From contig JBHGNT010000010.1 in NCBI GenBank assembly GCA_043228905.1, forward strand, positions 17,236,001-17,300,000: a stretch of DNA of 64,000 bases. The letters are read 5' to 3'. This DNA is from Azolla caroliniana (Eukaryota > Plantae > Polypodiophyta). Position 1 is the stretch's first letter. Every line of letters begins with the position of its first letter. Made by a program: the position numbers and the translations under genes. Positions 63,701 through 64,000 of this stretch are shown piece by piece. Below the pieces are notes generated by a model. The model made no database searches and had not been told where the DNA came from. It saw only the letters and a list, made by a program, of their open reading frames with translations.

Positions 63701-64000
63701 GCTCAAAAGGATCCAGAAGGAATATCAGTCATGGACCATGGAATGCAAGGTAATCAAGCTGTTTCTGTTATGTTTCTATAAAAGATCTAGAAGTATCAAA
63801 TTCGAGTGCATAAATATAATGATACTTTTTTATTAACTAACTTGTGCAGTGATTCATCCTACACTGCTACTCGATCTGGAATGTTCCCATCCATTAGTGC
63901 CCCTGTTTCACCAAAATCCTCAAATCAGCCTTTTGGGGGTTTACTATCTGGTTTTGCAACACCTCCAATAGGTGGTTTAGGGTTTGATTTATCAAGTGGC
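57701..64000 (+). CDS. YDA: MEKK-type MAPKKK, YODA-like, 3' incomplete; exons 57701-58272, 58502-59131, 59216-59303, 59429-59491, 59581-59741, 59907-59982, 60214-60273, 62533-62643, 62937-63143, 63661-63749, 63850->64000
   Basis: Kinase motifs [56 protein letters not shown] and [14 protein letters not shown]; N-terminal [14 protein letters not shown] and HPLPRPP motifs as in YODA; all junctions GT-AG and in phase. Confidence 0.9.
61025..61354 (-). mobile_element. Small Copia integrase remnant in MAPKKK intron 7
   Basis: [20 protein letters not shown] resembles the Copia TPFEAW.G.KP...HFRVFG motif. Confidence 0.45.

Overview
Eukaryotic land-plant nuclear DNA from a large, TE-rich genome. A fern is my inference from the PPR style, intron sizes and TE families; it is not proven. 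Two host genes are present: a 3-exon mitochondrial ribosomal protein uL29m/MRPL47 gene (minus, 34592-37899) and a YODA-like MAPKKK (plus, from 57701, running off the window end). Most of the rest is nested, decayed TEs. An old Copia (minus) was split by a younger internally deleted Copia (11648-16018) and by an L1-type LINE (about 16711-29348). That LINE was in turn split by a full-length Gypsy (18052-28136, 460-bp LTRs, TSD ACCTC). A second TE cluster lies at 38777-52940 (Copia, solo LTR, Copia, Gypsy, and a LINE with a tRNA-SINE inside). The most unusual observation is the full-length Gypsy. It has a tRNA primer-binding site at its 5' LTR but no polypurine tract; in the PPT position it carries a second tRNA-3'-end match, which suggests tRNA priming of both DNA strands. 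It also has a ~2.8-kb extra ORF (PMD-like plus coiled coil). Other notable items are a TSD-flanked PPR fragment ending in the same 3' motif as the local L1s, and a hAT-type MITE with a triplicated terminus. All alignments and counts were done by eye.
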